Of a stretch of DNA of 42,579 nt, positions 15,301-23,955 are shown piece by piece; within the stretch, counting starts at the first letter, position 1; each line of letters opens with the position of its first letter. The notes under the pieces are model-generated. The model saw only the letters and a list, made by a program, of their open reading frames with translations. It was not told the DNA's origin and did no database searches. A program made the translations under genes and the position numbers. This DNA is from a virus (taxonomy: Duplodnaviria > Caudoviricetes). The stretch spans positions 1 through 42,579 of IMG/VR virus record IMGVR_UViG_3300030372_003754. One strand, 5' to 3'.

Positions 15301-18273
15301 TCGTGATAGAAGTTTCTGGGTAAGAGCTTCCCCCTCTACAGTCCCTCCGACCCGAGCAATGGCTGCGGCCAATTCTCTCCCGCTAAACTCTGCTTCTAAA
15401 GAGTCTAACCATGCTCCGGCATCTAACGTAAATTTATTTGGGCTAGTTCGTGTCACAAACTTTGTGGGCTCGGTATCAACCCGACGTTCAAGAAGAGCCT
15501 GCTGCTCAATTTTAGGCTTACGTAGTAAGTCCCTGTAGGCATCTAGTGAGTCAGCAACTTGGGTAAGAGACTCTTGGATTTTTGCAACAAGAGGGGCGCC
15601 AACCAAACCCTGTGCTTTAGACCTAGCTTGTGATAAAGCCGCGTATTCATCCACATTCATAAAAATCGTTTCACTAAGATTTTTACCCGTGGCAGCCTTA
15701 TAGGTTTTCTTTAGTAGTGCTTTCGCCTCGGCCGCTTCTCTCGCTGCAGTCGCGACACTTCGTGCTGCAACATCAATGGGAGCTTTAATCAACCCTGGTT
15801 TTATCTCACGCTGAGCCTTGGCTAGCTTAGACATTAGTTCGCGACGATCTTTTTCAAGCTTAGCTAGAGCCTTGGCATCTTCTGTTGTTCTAACAGTGGT
15901 TTCGGCGCGAGCTATCTGACGATTTAACTTTGCTACGTCATCTGTAAGCGTTGTCGCAGTCTGTAAAGCGGCCTTACTCTTCATAACGTCCACGGTCAAC
16001 TTACTTAAATCAGGGACTAAAACACCCCTAAGATCCGTCTTAGCAATGTCGCTTAACCGCTCCCCGGAAGCTTGGGCTGCTCGGATAAAGTTGTCTTGAT
16101 TCTCGGACTGCTGTAATTTATGTAGGTAGTACGCCCTTAAGTTAGTTGACGCCTCCCCGAACACTTCGTCTGCAAGTTGCTTTGAGACGCCTTGTTCGTC
16201 TAGGACACGATTTAATTCACTAAGTACACGTCGTTCTTGACGAGCAAACTCTCCGATAATACCTTCGGTTGCTTCTAATTCTTTTAGGCTTTTTCTTGAT
16301 AGGTCACTTATTTGAGCACTAATCTCAGCGTTTTGTCCTGCCGGAGGCAAGGCTAACTCACCCGCAACGATAGCTCGGGAGATAAACCCTGCAGCTTCTT
16401 CGCGCCGTAAGGTGTCTAACGCATCTAACGCAGCATCAAGGTCTTCTGGATTTTCTCCCATTTGTGCTACTATCTCACGGATCTGAGCCGCTTCTTTTTC
16501 CGCCTTTCTAGCTTTAGCGACGTCCCCTATACGGCCCACCCCAGCAGCTTCTGCGGCTAGCTTTGCGGGAGTCGTAGCTACTTTCCCCAGGCCTCCGGTT
16601 ACCAGAGTGAACAGGTCCGGCTCGGTTAGCACCAACCCCAGTGCAGCATACCAAGCTGCTCCTTTAGCAGCAGTGGGGCTAACACCCAGTGCTTCTAGTC
16701 CCTGGGTAATTTGAGGAATATCCCGGAAGACACTGTACCCCTGCTCTTGTCTCGTAAGGTGCTCGATGCTGCCCCACTCCACATCCTGGCGGGGGTCTAA
16801 CAACCACGACATAATAGGTCGCCACGGCCCAAAGTCTAAGAAGTAGTCGAGGTAGCCTTCTCCTAATTGATCTAAGGTTCGGCCGTAGTACAAAGTACCT
16901 TGACCCATTCCCTCAAAGCTCTGTGGGTAAAGAACACGTTTGAAAGGAGCCTCAAACTGGGCCACTTTACTTCGTAAAGACTGGTCTTCTTGGGGGAAGA
17001 TCCTATCGTAAAGCCCTGCGAAGCTCAGGACGGGGTCGAAGTAGCTGAGAGGATCACGACCTTCGATAAGGTCCTGCTTAAACTTTTCCCGGTCGGCAAT
17101 GTAAAGCACACCACCAAGACCTTGAAGTTGAGTGGACTGCATACGTTTCTGCGCTTTTTCAAGCAGTTCCTTACGCAAATCCCTTAGCTTCTCGGGACCA
17201 ATTATTTTCTGTAGTTCTGGAATGCTACTTACACCTTTATCCCTTGCTTCATCGATTAGGTACGCCAGAGACAAGTTGTAGGCTTTTTGATCTAAGTCAA
17301 CTGCATATGTTCCGTCAGACTGTTGTACTTGAGGGACAATGATGAGACCTTTTTTAACGGTGCCCTCACGAGGTAGTCGAGCTAACTCGCGTGAAGTTAA
17401 AATATACTGTTGTTGACGAACAAACTTTTCTCTCTCTTCTTTTGGTAGGTCTAGCGGATTGATACGCAGGATAGCGTCCTGCACCTTGGCTTCTTCTTCT
17501 AGGTCAAACTTTACCCCTGCGGCATTGCCAATAGGAGTGCGATCGTTGAGCTTATTGATCTGTGTTTCAATCTCATCCCCTCGATATTTTTCCCAGTAAG
17601 GATAAGCCTCTTGTACCGACCCATCCTCAAACACTGTGACCACCCGAGCATCCGGATTGCCCCGAGCTTTTAGGCTCTCGGTTAAATCCGTTTGAAGCTG
17701 GGACCGTTTCTCTGCTCGCTTTTTATCTTCCTCGTAGCCCTTGAGTAGAGCTTGCTGGGCCTCATACCTCTCCCCCCGAGGAGTAATTGTCGCCCCGTAG
17801 CGCTTAATCGCCTCGTAGTTAAGAAAGTCTCGCGCAACAGGACTAGCAATAATCGGGTTTACATTCTTATTTTCAACAAAATCTTTAATGGCGTAGTCGA
17901 CAAAAGCCTCACGGTCTTCTTCCGTGCCCGCTGTAAAACCAAACTCTTGTCCCCGAGTCTTGTACAATGCATCAACGATCTCGTCACGGCGCTGCTGCAT
18001 CTCGGGCAACATCTTACGCCGATACTCGTCTCGTTTCTTTTCTGAAGTGCGGAATGCTTCTACATCAAAAGTCGGCTTTGGTTTCTCGATTGGCTTAGGT
18101 GCAGCGGGGGCCTCTATCTTAGGTTGAGAGACTGCTGCTGGAGCAGTCACCGTCTCTACAACTTCCTCTTCTTCAACAATAGGCGTAGGTGCTTTTGGTA
18201 CCGCAGGTGCTTTAGGAAACTTCTGCTGATATTTTTGACTTAACGCTTGACGTTGTGCAGGAGTAAGGGACAT
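12334..18273 (-). CDS. Very large internal virion (DNA ejection) protein
   Basis: 1979 aa, helical, last of the post-tail cluster as in podoviruses. No catalytic motif recognised. Confidence 0.7.
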   Translation of the reverse strand: MSLTPAQRQALSQKYQQKFPKAPAVPKAPTPIVEEEEVVETVTAPAAVSQPKIEAPAAPKPIEKPKPTFDVEAFRTSEKKRDEYRRKMLPEMQQRRDEIVDALYKTRGQEFGFTAGTEEDREAFVDYAIKDFVENKNVNPIIASPVARDFLNYEAIKRYGATITPRGERYEAQQALLKGYEEDKKRAEKRSQLQTDLTESLKARGNPDARVVTVFEDGSVQEAYPYWEKYRGDEIETQINKLNDRTPIGNAAGVKFDLEEEAKVQDAILRINPLDLPKEEREKFVRQQQYILTSRELARLPREGTVKKGLIIVPQVQQSDGTYAVDLDQKAYNLSLAYLIDEARDKGVSSIPELQKIIGPEKLRDLRKELLEKAQKRMQSTQLQGLGGVLYIADREKFKQDLIEGRDPLSYFDPVLSFAGLYDRIFPQEDQSLRSKVAQFEAPFKRVLYPQSFEGMGQGTLYYGRTLDQLGEGYLDYFLDFGPWRPIMSWLLDPRQDVEWGSIEHLTRQEQGYSVFRDIPQITQGLEALGVSPTAAKGAAWYAALGLVLTEPDLFTLVTGGLGKVATTPAKLAAEAAGVGRIGDVAKARKAEKEAAQIREIVAQMGENPEDLDAALDALDTLRREEAAGFISRAIVAGELALPPAGQNAEISAQISDLSRKSLKELEATEGIIGEFARQERRVLSELNRVLDEQGVSKQLADEVFGEASTNLRAYYLHKLQQSENQDNFIRAAQASGERLSDIAKTDLRGVLVPDLSKLTVDVMKSKAALQTATTLTDDVAKLNRQIARAETTVRTTEDAKALAKLEKDRRELMSKLAKAQREIKPGLIKAPIDVAARSVATAAREAAEAKALLKKTYKAATGKNLSETIFMNVDEYAALSQARSKAQGLVGAPLVAKIQESLTQVADSLDAYRDLLRKPKIEQQALLERRVDTEPTKFVTRTSPNKFTLDAGAWLDSLEAEFSGRELAAAIARVGGTVEGEALTQKLLSRAVVPVSARDLERLKLITDPLAGKTLTETESAISIGRGVVEAWQSNTRTLGRVKTLEDMAAYVVNQIMKIGDKVDARRSRLGRFETNVQDVVKRALVRGEDAENEFVTYLLGNIDTEGTNFSTLAFKALDTSENLPLVSKGVFGTEQVTPSRVAVFNHYNELTVFQNFKKYVQESVQGMSDEELTSFLASRDGAFYGTAVSFLPASITTMEKEIGALMPRAFESLMRASTAEEYANLLRKNTFFSFRGAYRTRAPKPSALDEVTDEVIDAVDPLQAEHVSLSFLSRSMLLGQNRRLINQNLADALGPSMTPAAAQKANFILSGARADSSSSAFESVITGRNVGFDPTEAIEAIRSWGVTFDSDIMNDVADAAQGAADLQMGFLRVGRNAAGESIFAAAPLIKQIEVQLDTAIKTLNRTGSHSKLTDKHVNQTSTWLRLWRTSVTRGLFVPRPAYFANQMAGDFAQMLMMEGALTARRGPDGALYFSGAVPMAFQNAFTYVPYFGPKITQALEDVGAAARAQGKLSLTSPLNAFVNPHVQSVLTNRKPDELYKVKEGTATSSQLLAEMSERNVFDALYSEDMRKAAADIVKRFKPPEIPFGTELKKAKKAATWWQDYSEVLVRQTQDHQRAAMYLEYRLRRGATAKEAQKAVEDTFYDWRHGVSQNEMNKLAYMSAFYPYFRLSMQQMASALTQPLTYSGSDLVKYSILGTGKLNRVRKSGNIVFGLPDYVNDNSGEELGYAEAVQVAGMKTRPEFYGSRPILASELTPEGKQQIRIGPSFGTFETVEIYLTLLQGMVGSAAIANFPGTEDFIVGEDFNEQVFDTLITDQLNPIMRTGVKGAWDGFSGKSMSPAVRIPDRLEALKLMERYPFIGEALVPNRYGELTMPRAFRDGLDAVPFFGTELPRLTKTALSLNKTINPTDEAEWDVGTKRGMAWLLSEWLGFTRRYEGLSAEEGRDITARKIRRSAEDVLREAGGRAEGTREFLETD

Positions 18274-20363
18274 TACGGACGCATCCGCCGTAGAAGTTGT
18301 TTTCTCTTTTCATTTTCTAAACGGACCTGGGGACTTTCCCCCACTAGCCCATCACCATCACCATAAACTTCTTCTTCAATTCCGGCTGATTCAAGGTTAG
18401 TCTTTAAGACCTCGTTAGCTGTGGGGGGTGCATCACTAAGAGGTGTCCCCATTGGGTTCTCTGGCGGGGTGTCGAATACTTCGGTCTGCGCTTTAGCAAC
18501 TTGTGCCGCACTTTCCGCGATAGCTTCTTCTGAGCCTGGTACGAGGTCCATAGTTTCCTGGGTGTCTGCCTCAAACTCAAACTCCTCAGGCGCCTCCAAA
18601 AGTTGTGTTCTTGGATCCAGCAACTCTTCCCTAGTTTGCTGCTGACGTACAGCTTCATCCATGCGTCGTGGCATTGGAACGGCCCCAGAGGGTCGGACCA
18701 TCGGTTCGTCTACGACATCAAGCGCATCTTCAGGATCTTCCCCTAAAGGATCCGCAAATGGCATCTCTGGGTACGCACTTCTAACTCGCTGACGGGCACG
18801 GTCCTGTACCGTAGGTGTTTGCTCAGGCCGGGTAAGAATATCCACCTCGAAGATACTCTTAGAAACCTCTGGACTAAAGGTGTCCCCCCTCATTTCCAGG
18901 ACGGCTCTATCATCGCTCTTTTTTGGGGCAACTGCCGCCGCGTTGATTTTATCTACTAAGCCACCCTCGGCATAAGGGTTTGCAATATAAGGGATAAAGT
19001 TTTTAGCACCGCGCCGCTTGGACTGAAACTCCCCGTCTTTAGTGACTCGGTACAAAAACGGATCCTCTTCCATGTCAAACTCAGTAAAAGAGTAGGCGTT
19101 AATATCGGGTTGTTCCCCCACCCCTGTAGCCGTAGTAGCCTCCGCAGCAGCGGGTACGTTTAGCTGGGCCGATTTAGACGGAGCTTTCTCTGTGGTTTCC
19201 GCAGGTTCTTCTTTCACGGTTTCTTCTGCCACAAACTCTTCACCACGACGCAACGCACCCAGCCGTTGCCGTCCCTCTTGACGCTCACCACGAGCCTGCT
19301 TCCGGCTCAACATTCTTGAGCCCCGTAATGCCATACGCTCTTCAATGTCAGAGAAAGGTCGGTCTTCTGCAGAACGCCCGTAGAACTCTTCCATAAATTG
19401 TTGAAACTCAGGACCACGCTGAAGGCGCTCTCGCTCCATCCGAATGGGCGGCCCCTCTTCAGGGAACTCAGTTAAGGCTTGTTGAATAAGGCTTACGTCT
19501 GCAGCTAGGGGTGCTGCACTTTCTCCCGAGGCCCTGCCGGTGCGTTCAGCCGCGTTCACCGCGTTTAGCTGTGCCACTGGACTAAAACCCATTCGAGCCC
19601 GAAGCTCCCGATCAATTTTTGCGCGTTCTTCTTTAATGGCAGTAAGTTCACCAGGAACAGCCTCAAGCTTGGCCTCAATGTCACCACTCAAAGAGCCCCA
19701 AGGACTATCCCCTGCTGCAGCCTCGACTAAATCTGCTTTCAAGGCGTCAAGAGTAGTCCCCCGTAACCCGGCTACTTTTGTCAGGTACCTCTCTAAGGAT
19801 TTCCCCTTTAAGTCGGCTACTTTATCTACTATCTCTTTGTATACTGGGGATTGACCGGGTAAAAATGTTGTGATCGGATCTCCAGGATTAGCTGTTCTTA
19901 GTAACTGTTCGGCTTGAAGGGATACGGCCGTATCTTCTCCATAGAGTAGTTCCCGTTCTTGTTCATTTAAATATTGTAAACGATCTACTTTACCTTTACC
20001 GTAACTACCAGCCATTGCTGCAGCAACCGCCTTGTTAGTGTCTGCTCTTGCTTTAGCCAGAGCCACTTGGGTACTTTGAACAGCCCTAGCGGCTGCTTGG
20101 TCTCCTCTAAGAGCCGCTGCTTCTTGCCGTGCCTGAAGTTGTGCCAACTCCATTAGTTGACCTAAACGCGAGTCGAACTCACTGCGTGTAAGTCGGTAAG
20201 GAGACTGACTAAGGTAATACTCTTGAGCAGCCCTGGGGTCCATGCCACCAGCAATACCCGCAGCAATAGCCGCACGACGGCCAATCTCATCCAGGGTAAA
20301 GTCTCGTTTAAAGCGACTGAGGTCTCGTACTTGTTGGTACAACTCTGGAGTTAATTCAGCCAT
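18273..20363 (-). CDS. Probable internal virion/ejection protein
   Basis: 696 aa, A/E/Q/R-rich, low complexity, TAATG-coupled. Synteny supports the call. Confidence 0.6.
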   Translation of the reverse strand: MAELTPELYQQVRDLSRFKRDFTLDEIGRRAAIAAGIAGGMDPRAAQEYYLSQSPYRLTRSEFDSRLGQLMELAQLQARQEAAALRGDQAAARAVQSTQVALAKARADTNKAVAAAMAGSYGKGKVDRLQYLNEQERELLYGEDTAVSLQAEQLLRTANPGDPITTFLPGQSPVYKEIVDKVADLKGKSLERYLTKVAGLRGTTLDALKADLVEAAAGDSPWGSLSGDIEAKLEAVPGELTAIKEERAKIDRELRARMGFSPVAQLNAVNAAERTGRASGESAAPLAADVSLIQQALTEFPEEGPPIRMERERLQRGPEFQQFMEEFYGRSAEDRPFSDIEERMALRGSRMLSRKQARGERQEGRQRLGALRRGEEFVAEETVKEEPAETTEKAPSKSAQLNVPAAAEATTATGVGEQPDINAYSFTEFDMEEDPFLYRVTKDGEFQSKRRGAKNFIPYIANPYAEGGLVDKINAAAVAPKKSDDRAVLEMRGDTFSPEVSKSIFEVDILTRPEQTPTVQDRARQRVRSAYPEMPFADPLGEDPEDALDVVDEPMVRPSGAVPMPRRMDEAVRQQQTREELLDPRTQLLEAPEEFEFEADTQETMDLVPGSEEAIAESAAQVAKAQTEVFDTPPENPMGTPLSDAPPTANEVLKTNLESAGIEEEVYGDGDGLVGESPQVRLENEKRKQLLRRMRP

Positions 20364-20845
20364 TAGCTACCCCCCATTCCTGATAGAAGCCCGCTGGCTG
20401 TTGCGCCTTTCTTTTTAAGCGTATCCTGGGTACTTGGTGCATTTTCGATGCCAGCCATGCCACGCACCCCTTCAAGAGCAAGTCCCGGCTGTCCGGTAGC
20501 GGCACCCGCTACAATCATTCCGGCTTGAGCCGCAGTTTTTAAGCCCTCTTTTGCTTTCTGACGGGCAATATCTGCGCGTCGAGTCATTCGAGCACGAATC
20601 TGGTCAGCTTTTTGCTGTTCAAGCTGTTTGCTTAGACCTAGCGTTTGTGCTCGGCTTTGTGCCTCAGCTTCTGCTCCACCTGCGCGGCGGGCCGTAAAAG
20701 CCTCTCGTTCCCGCTCGGCATCGGTTAAACCAAGGGATCTAGGATCTGTTTGCAATGTTTTAAACTGCTGCAGCGTATCTCGTTTGTCTCTCTTCTCTGC
20801 GCCAATAGCTCCGAGAGCCCCTGGTTTGTATTTACCTAAAGCCAT
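20363..20845 (-). CDS. Probable internal virion/ejection protein with Gly/Ala hydrophobic segment
   Basis: RBS GGAGG. AGMIVAGAATGQPGLAL resembles segments of small ejection/pilot proteins. Confidence 0.6.
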   Translation of the reverse strand: MALGKYKPGALGAIGAEKRDKRDTLQQFKTLQTDPRSLGLTDAEREREAFTARRAGGAEAEAQSRAQTLGLSKQLEQQKADQIRARMTRRADIARQKAKEGLKTAAQAGMIVAGAATGQPGLALEGVRGMAGIENAPSTQDTLKKKGATASGLLSGMGGS

Positions 20846-20854
20846 GTTGGCCTC

Positions 20855-21472
20855 CTATGGTTCCATGCCTTGAAAACGTAGCTTATCTTCTTGCACCCCT
20901 GTCCGACGCGCCGCTTCCCCTCTAAGGTCATCAATCTTTTGCTGAAGACGCATTTTCTCCGCCTCTAATCTCTCGATCTCCCGACCGATATAAGGTGTAG
21001 GTAAATCCGAAGTTACGGGTTGAGTAATGGCTTCTTTAGCCGCAAAGGCTACATCCTCAACAGGTTCTAGTGCAGCCTGTGCTCCCCCTGCAAGCGCTTT
21101 AGGAATAGCACTAACAGGACGCATCTCCCTACGCTCGGCACGTGTTTCGGGGTCAAACCGAATATCTCGTACAGGTTCGGGTTCATAGGCTACGGCTCGA
21201 TCAATTGATGAACCTAAACGACTAAACAAACCTTGGGCCACCGCTTCGCGATTCTGCTGTAGCGCTACCGGGTCAGGAACCTGGGATACACTTTCAGCAA
21301 CAGTAAAGTCAGTGAACCCAGGCTCAACTTCTTCTTCGACCTCGACCTCGACCTTGGCATCCCCAGCCGGAGGAGGAGGCGCACCTTGAGAAGAGCCGGT
21401 GCCCTTGGATGACGTAGACTTCCTCTTAGACTCATACCGCGCGAATAGCTTAGCTCGTTCTTCTGGTGTCAT
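20855..21472 (-). CDS. Hypothetical protein (virion-associated by position)
   Basis: Start MTPEERAK is TAATG-coupled to the upstream stop, with GAGGAGG upstream. Confidence 0.6.
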   Translation of the reverse strand: MTPEERAKLFARYESKRKSTSSKGTGSSQGAPPPPAGDAKVEVEVEEEVEPGFTDFTVAESVSQVPDPVALQQNREAVAQGLFSRLGSSIDRAVAYEPEPVRDIRFDPETRAERREMRPVSAIPKALAGGAQAALEPVEDVAFAAKEAITQPVTSDLPTPYIGREIERLEAEKMRLQQKIDDLRGEAARRTGVQEDKLRFQGMEP

Positions 21473-22362
21473 TATCCTGACCTCCTCAAAGCTACATAAC
21501 GCAAGGACCGAGCCCAGACCCGTGTCTGCCGACAACTATCATAGTAACTTTCTTGATGGGAATAACCTTCCCCTCCCGTCTCTGTGGCAAAGTCTAACCG
21601 TTGGGGGCTTCGATTCTTATGTGGAGCAGAACCACTCAAAAGACGTAAACTAATATTATGCCAACCTGCAGCCAAAGACACTGTACAGTGTCCGTGCCAA
21701 TAGCGGTTTTTTATCATACCTAAATGAACATTGTCCTCTAAATTTACCGTACCGTTACTAGAGTTAGAATCAGCGTCTAACATACCTTTTCCAATACCGT
21801 CTTCTTTAACAGGATAAATAGACCGACTACACTGTCTCATTTGCGCCGTTTGCAAGGCATTATTCACAAATAACGCTACGTAAGAATCAGCACCAGCACG
21901 GCCGTCACTTCCCCCTCGGCTTTTTGTTGTGCTCATACACTGCGCCCTAGAGTCACTTCCCCAACCTATCGTCCAAGTTAAGACGACTAAGGCAGCGTCT
22001 GGAAGATAGAACGTAGCGGAGGCCCCAGGAACCGGAATAAACCTTGTAAGATAATCTTTAGGATTAACCGAAGTTGGTCCGGGTCTGGCCGCAGATAAAC
22101 TAATATCTGAAAACCAAGTTTTAAAATAGTCTAAATTAGCTGTACCAAAAGTGGTTCCTGCAGAATGAAATGAGTTTTCTTGTACTTGGTCATACGTAAC
22201 TTGGGTAAACGACGCATCAGCATTTGTCTTATCCAGATGACCGTTCAGTCCATCGAGAGACACTGGTACGTTTGCTGGTAAATAGAATACTTCACTAACT
22301 TGAGTCCCTGTGGGAGTAGTACCATTTACAAACGGGTAATGGGTCAGGTTAATAACCGTCAT
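21472..22362 (-). CDS. Tail protein, beta-sandwich type
   Basis: 296 aa. VPGASATF...VVLTWT...LFVN...LAAGWHNISLR...RSLRYVALRR, similar in layout to 23198-23950. Confidence 0.65.
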   Translation of the reverse strand: MTVINLTHYPFVNGTTPTGTQVSEVFYLPANVPVSLDGLNGHLDKTNADASFTQVTYDQVQENSFHSAGTTFGTANLDYFKTWFSDISLSAARPGPTSVNPKDYLTRFIPVPGASATFYLPDAALVVLTWTIGWGSDSRAQCMSTTKSRGGSDGRAGADSYVALFVNNALQTAQMRQCSRSIYPVKEDGIGKGMLDADSNSSNGTVNLEDNVHLGMIKNRYWHGHCTVSLAAGWHNISLRLLSGSAPHKNRSPQRLDFATETGGEGYSHQESYYDSCRQTRVWARSLRYVALRRSG

Positions 22363-23195
22363 GGTAAAATTCCATTGTGAAAGGGAATTACGCTTAAATT
22401 AGCTTCTCTGTAGTAGCCTTTAAACGTAAACGAAGCAGGCCATCCCGCTGTTGGTTGTAAGTTTACCACAGCACCTGCAATGCGAAAACCTCGTATGTTT
22501 GTGACTGAAAAATTGCCTACGTCTAACCACACACGCAAAGGCATGTCTTGAAACGTCCAAATATCTCGATCGTTAGAGTTGCTAAACGTAGGTGTTCGGG
22601 TAAACGGTCCCTCGCCCCATACTTTATCCGCGACACGCTCTGTTTGAAATCGTTCTGTCTTATCAATTGTAATCCAATTTATACCGTCGGTAGTGTATTG
22701 TACACAAACCATAAACGCCGTCTTCCCAGGCTTTGACTCTACGATCTCCGCTTCCCCTTCTGGAATGTACGTATTTCGTAAGAAATGAACATTAGCCAAA
22801 AGAAGTAGCCCCCCAATTTTCTGGGGATTAGCCATACCTAAAGTAAGCCCCGGTGCAGGGAATAATACTTCGAGGTTATTTCCAGCACCATCGTCTAAGA
22901 CTTCCCGACCGGCATTTGCTCCGAACGTAGTATACTTAGATGTTACAAACACATCGGCATCGTTGGGATTAGGGGCAGGATTTATAGTTTTACTAAACCC
23001 CCCTGTAAATTGTTCCGCCGCTACAACACCTGTTGCAGGCAGGTGCACTTCTTGAAAGGCGCCTCGTTTAGCCGCATAATCCATTAAGGCATTTAAACCT
23101 GCGGTTGCACCAGCAACACCACCAAACCGTGTATTTAACGATGCCGCGTCAAAAGTAACCCCTTCAATAAGGTAGGGGTAGGTTAGGTCAGCCAT
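22359..23195 (-). CDS. Tail protein
   Basis: 278 aa between two similar tail genes. N-terminal FDAASLNTRF attachment-like segment. Confidence 0.6.
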   Translation of the reverse strand: MADLTYPYLIEGVTFDAASLNTRFGGVAGATAGLNALMDYAAKRGAFQEVHLPATGVVAAEQFTGGFSKTINPAPNPNDADVFVTSKYTTFGANAGREVLDDGAGNNLEVLFPAPGLTLGMANPQKIGGLLLLANVHFLRNTYIPEGEAEIVESKPGKTAFMVCVQYTTDGINWITIDKTERFQTERVADKVWGEGPFTRTPTFSNSNDRDIWTFQDMPLRVWLDVGNFSVTNIRGFRIAGAVVNLQPTAGWPASFTFKGYYREANLSVIPFHNGILP

Positions 23196-23197
23196 CG

Positions 23198-23950
23198 TTA
23201 CCTCCGAAGCTCAATAATAATTAGCTCTCGATTTGTAATTGATTTTACATACCTTTGGGGAGTTACTACAGTCGATTCAGTAAAATCAGATAGATCTCGT
23301 TTTGGGGGCATGGCCACTAGTTCAATTGTGTGTTGGCCAGGTGCAAGCTCAATTGTAGCTTCTACTACAATAGCTGCGTGCGTCGAAGTGATTGCCGGAC
23401 TGTTAAAACAAAGCAGCCCAATTCCTTGTGGGCTAGGAAGGTACTGTTGTGTTTCCATCTGATCATTTTGAATATCGCCCGAACCTACAATAGATTGTGT
23501 TAAGACATTCCCGTCAACTCTTAGAGCAAACATTGCGCCATAAGCGGCTTCCGTCGTGTTTAAGTTTGTTCCATCAGTAAACGTTGCTCTATACCAGGGC
23601 AGACGTGCAGCAAAAGATGCTAGCACCCAGAAGTCGGCCCCTGTGGTAGTGACCGTTCTTAGTGGGCCAAGTCTCTGCCAATTAGGCTCATTTTCAATGC
23701 GTAAACTAGTCGACCCCCCTGCTAAAGGGTTGTCTGTAGGGTCTACTATTGTTTCAAAATTAGCTACTCGTACACCAACTCCATCAGACAAGTCTGTCAA
23801 ACGATTCGACCAACTAGCGGCTTTCCAGTTGTGCTCGTTAAGCTCACCACTGCCTTCTTCGACGACGGCACGAAAGTTCTCGTTAATGTCGTCAATCTCA
23901 ATGACACTGTTGTTTGATACACGGTGCTTAGGAAAACGCCAAGCCATCAC
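23198..23950 (-). CDS. Tail protein, beta-sandwich type
   Basis: 250 aa. DDINENF N-terminus; FALRVDG...LAPGQHTIEL...NRELIIIELRR. Confidence 0.65.
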   Translation of the reverse strand: MMAWRFPKHRVSNNSVIEIDDINENFRAVVEEGSGELNEHNWKAASWSNRLTDLSDGVGVRVANFETIVDPTDNPLAGGSTSLRIENEPNWQRLGPLRTVTTTGADFWVLASFAARLPWYRATFTDGTNLNTTEAAYGAMFALRVDGNVLTQSIVGSGDIQNDQMETQQYLPSPQGIGLLCFNSPAITSTHAAIVVEATIELAPGQHTIELVAMPPKRDLSDFTESTVVTPQRYVKSITNRELIIIELRR

Positions 23951-23955
23951 TCCCC

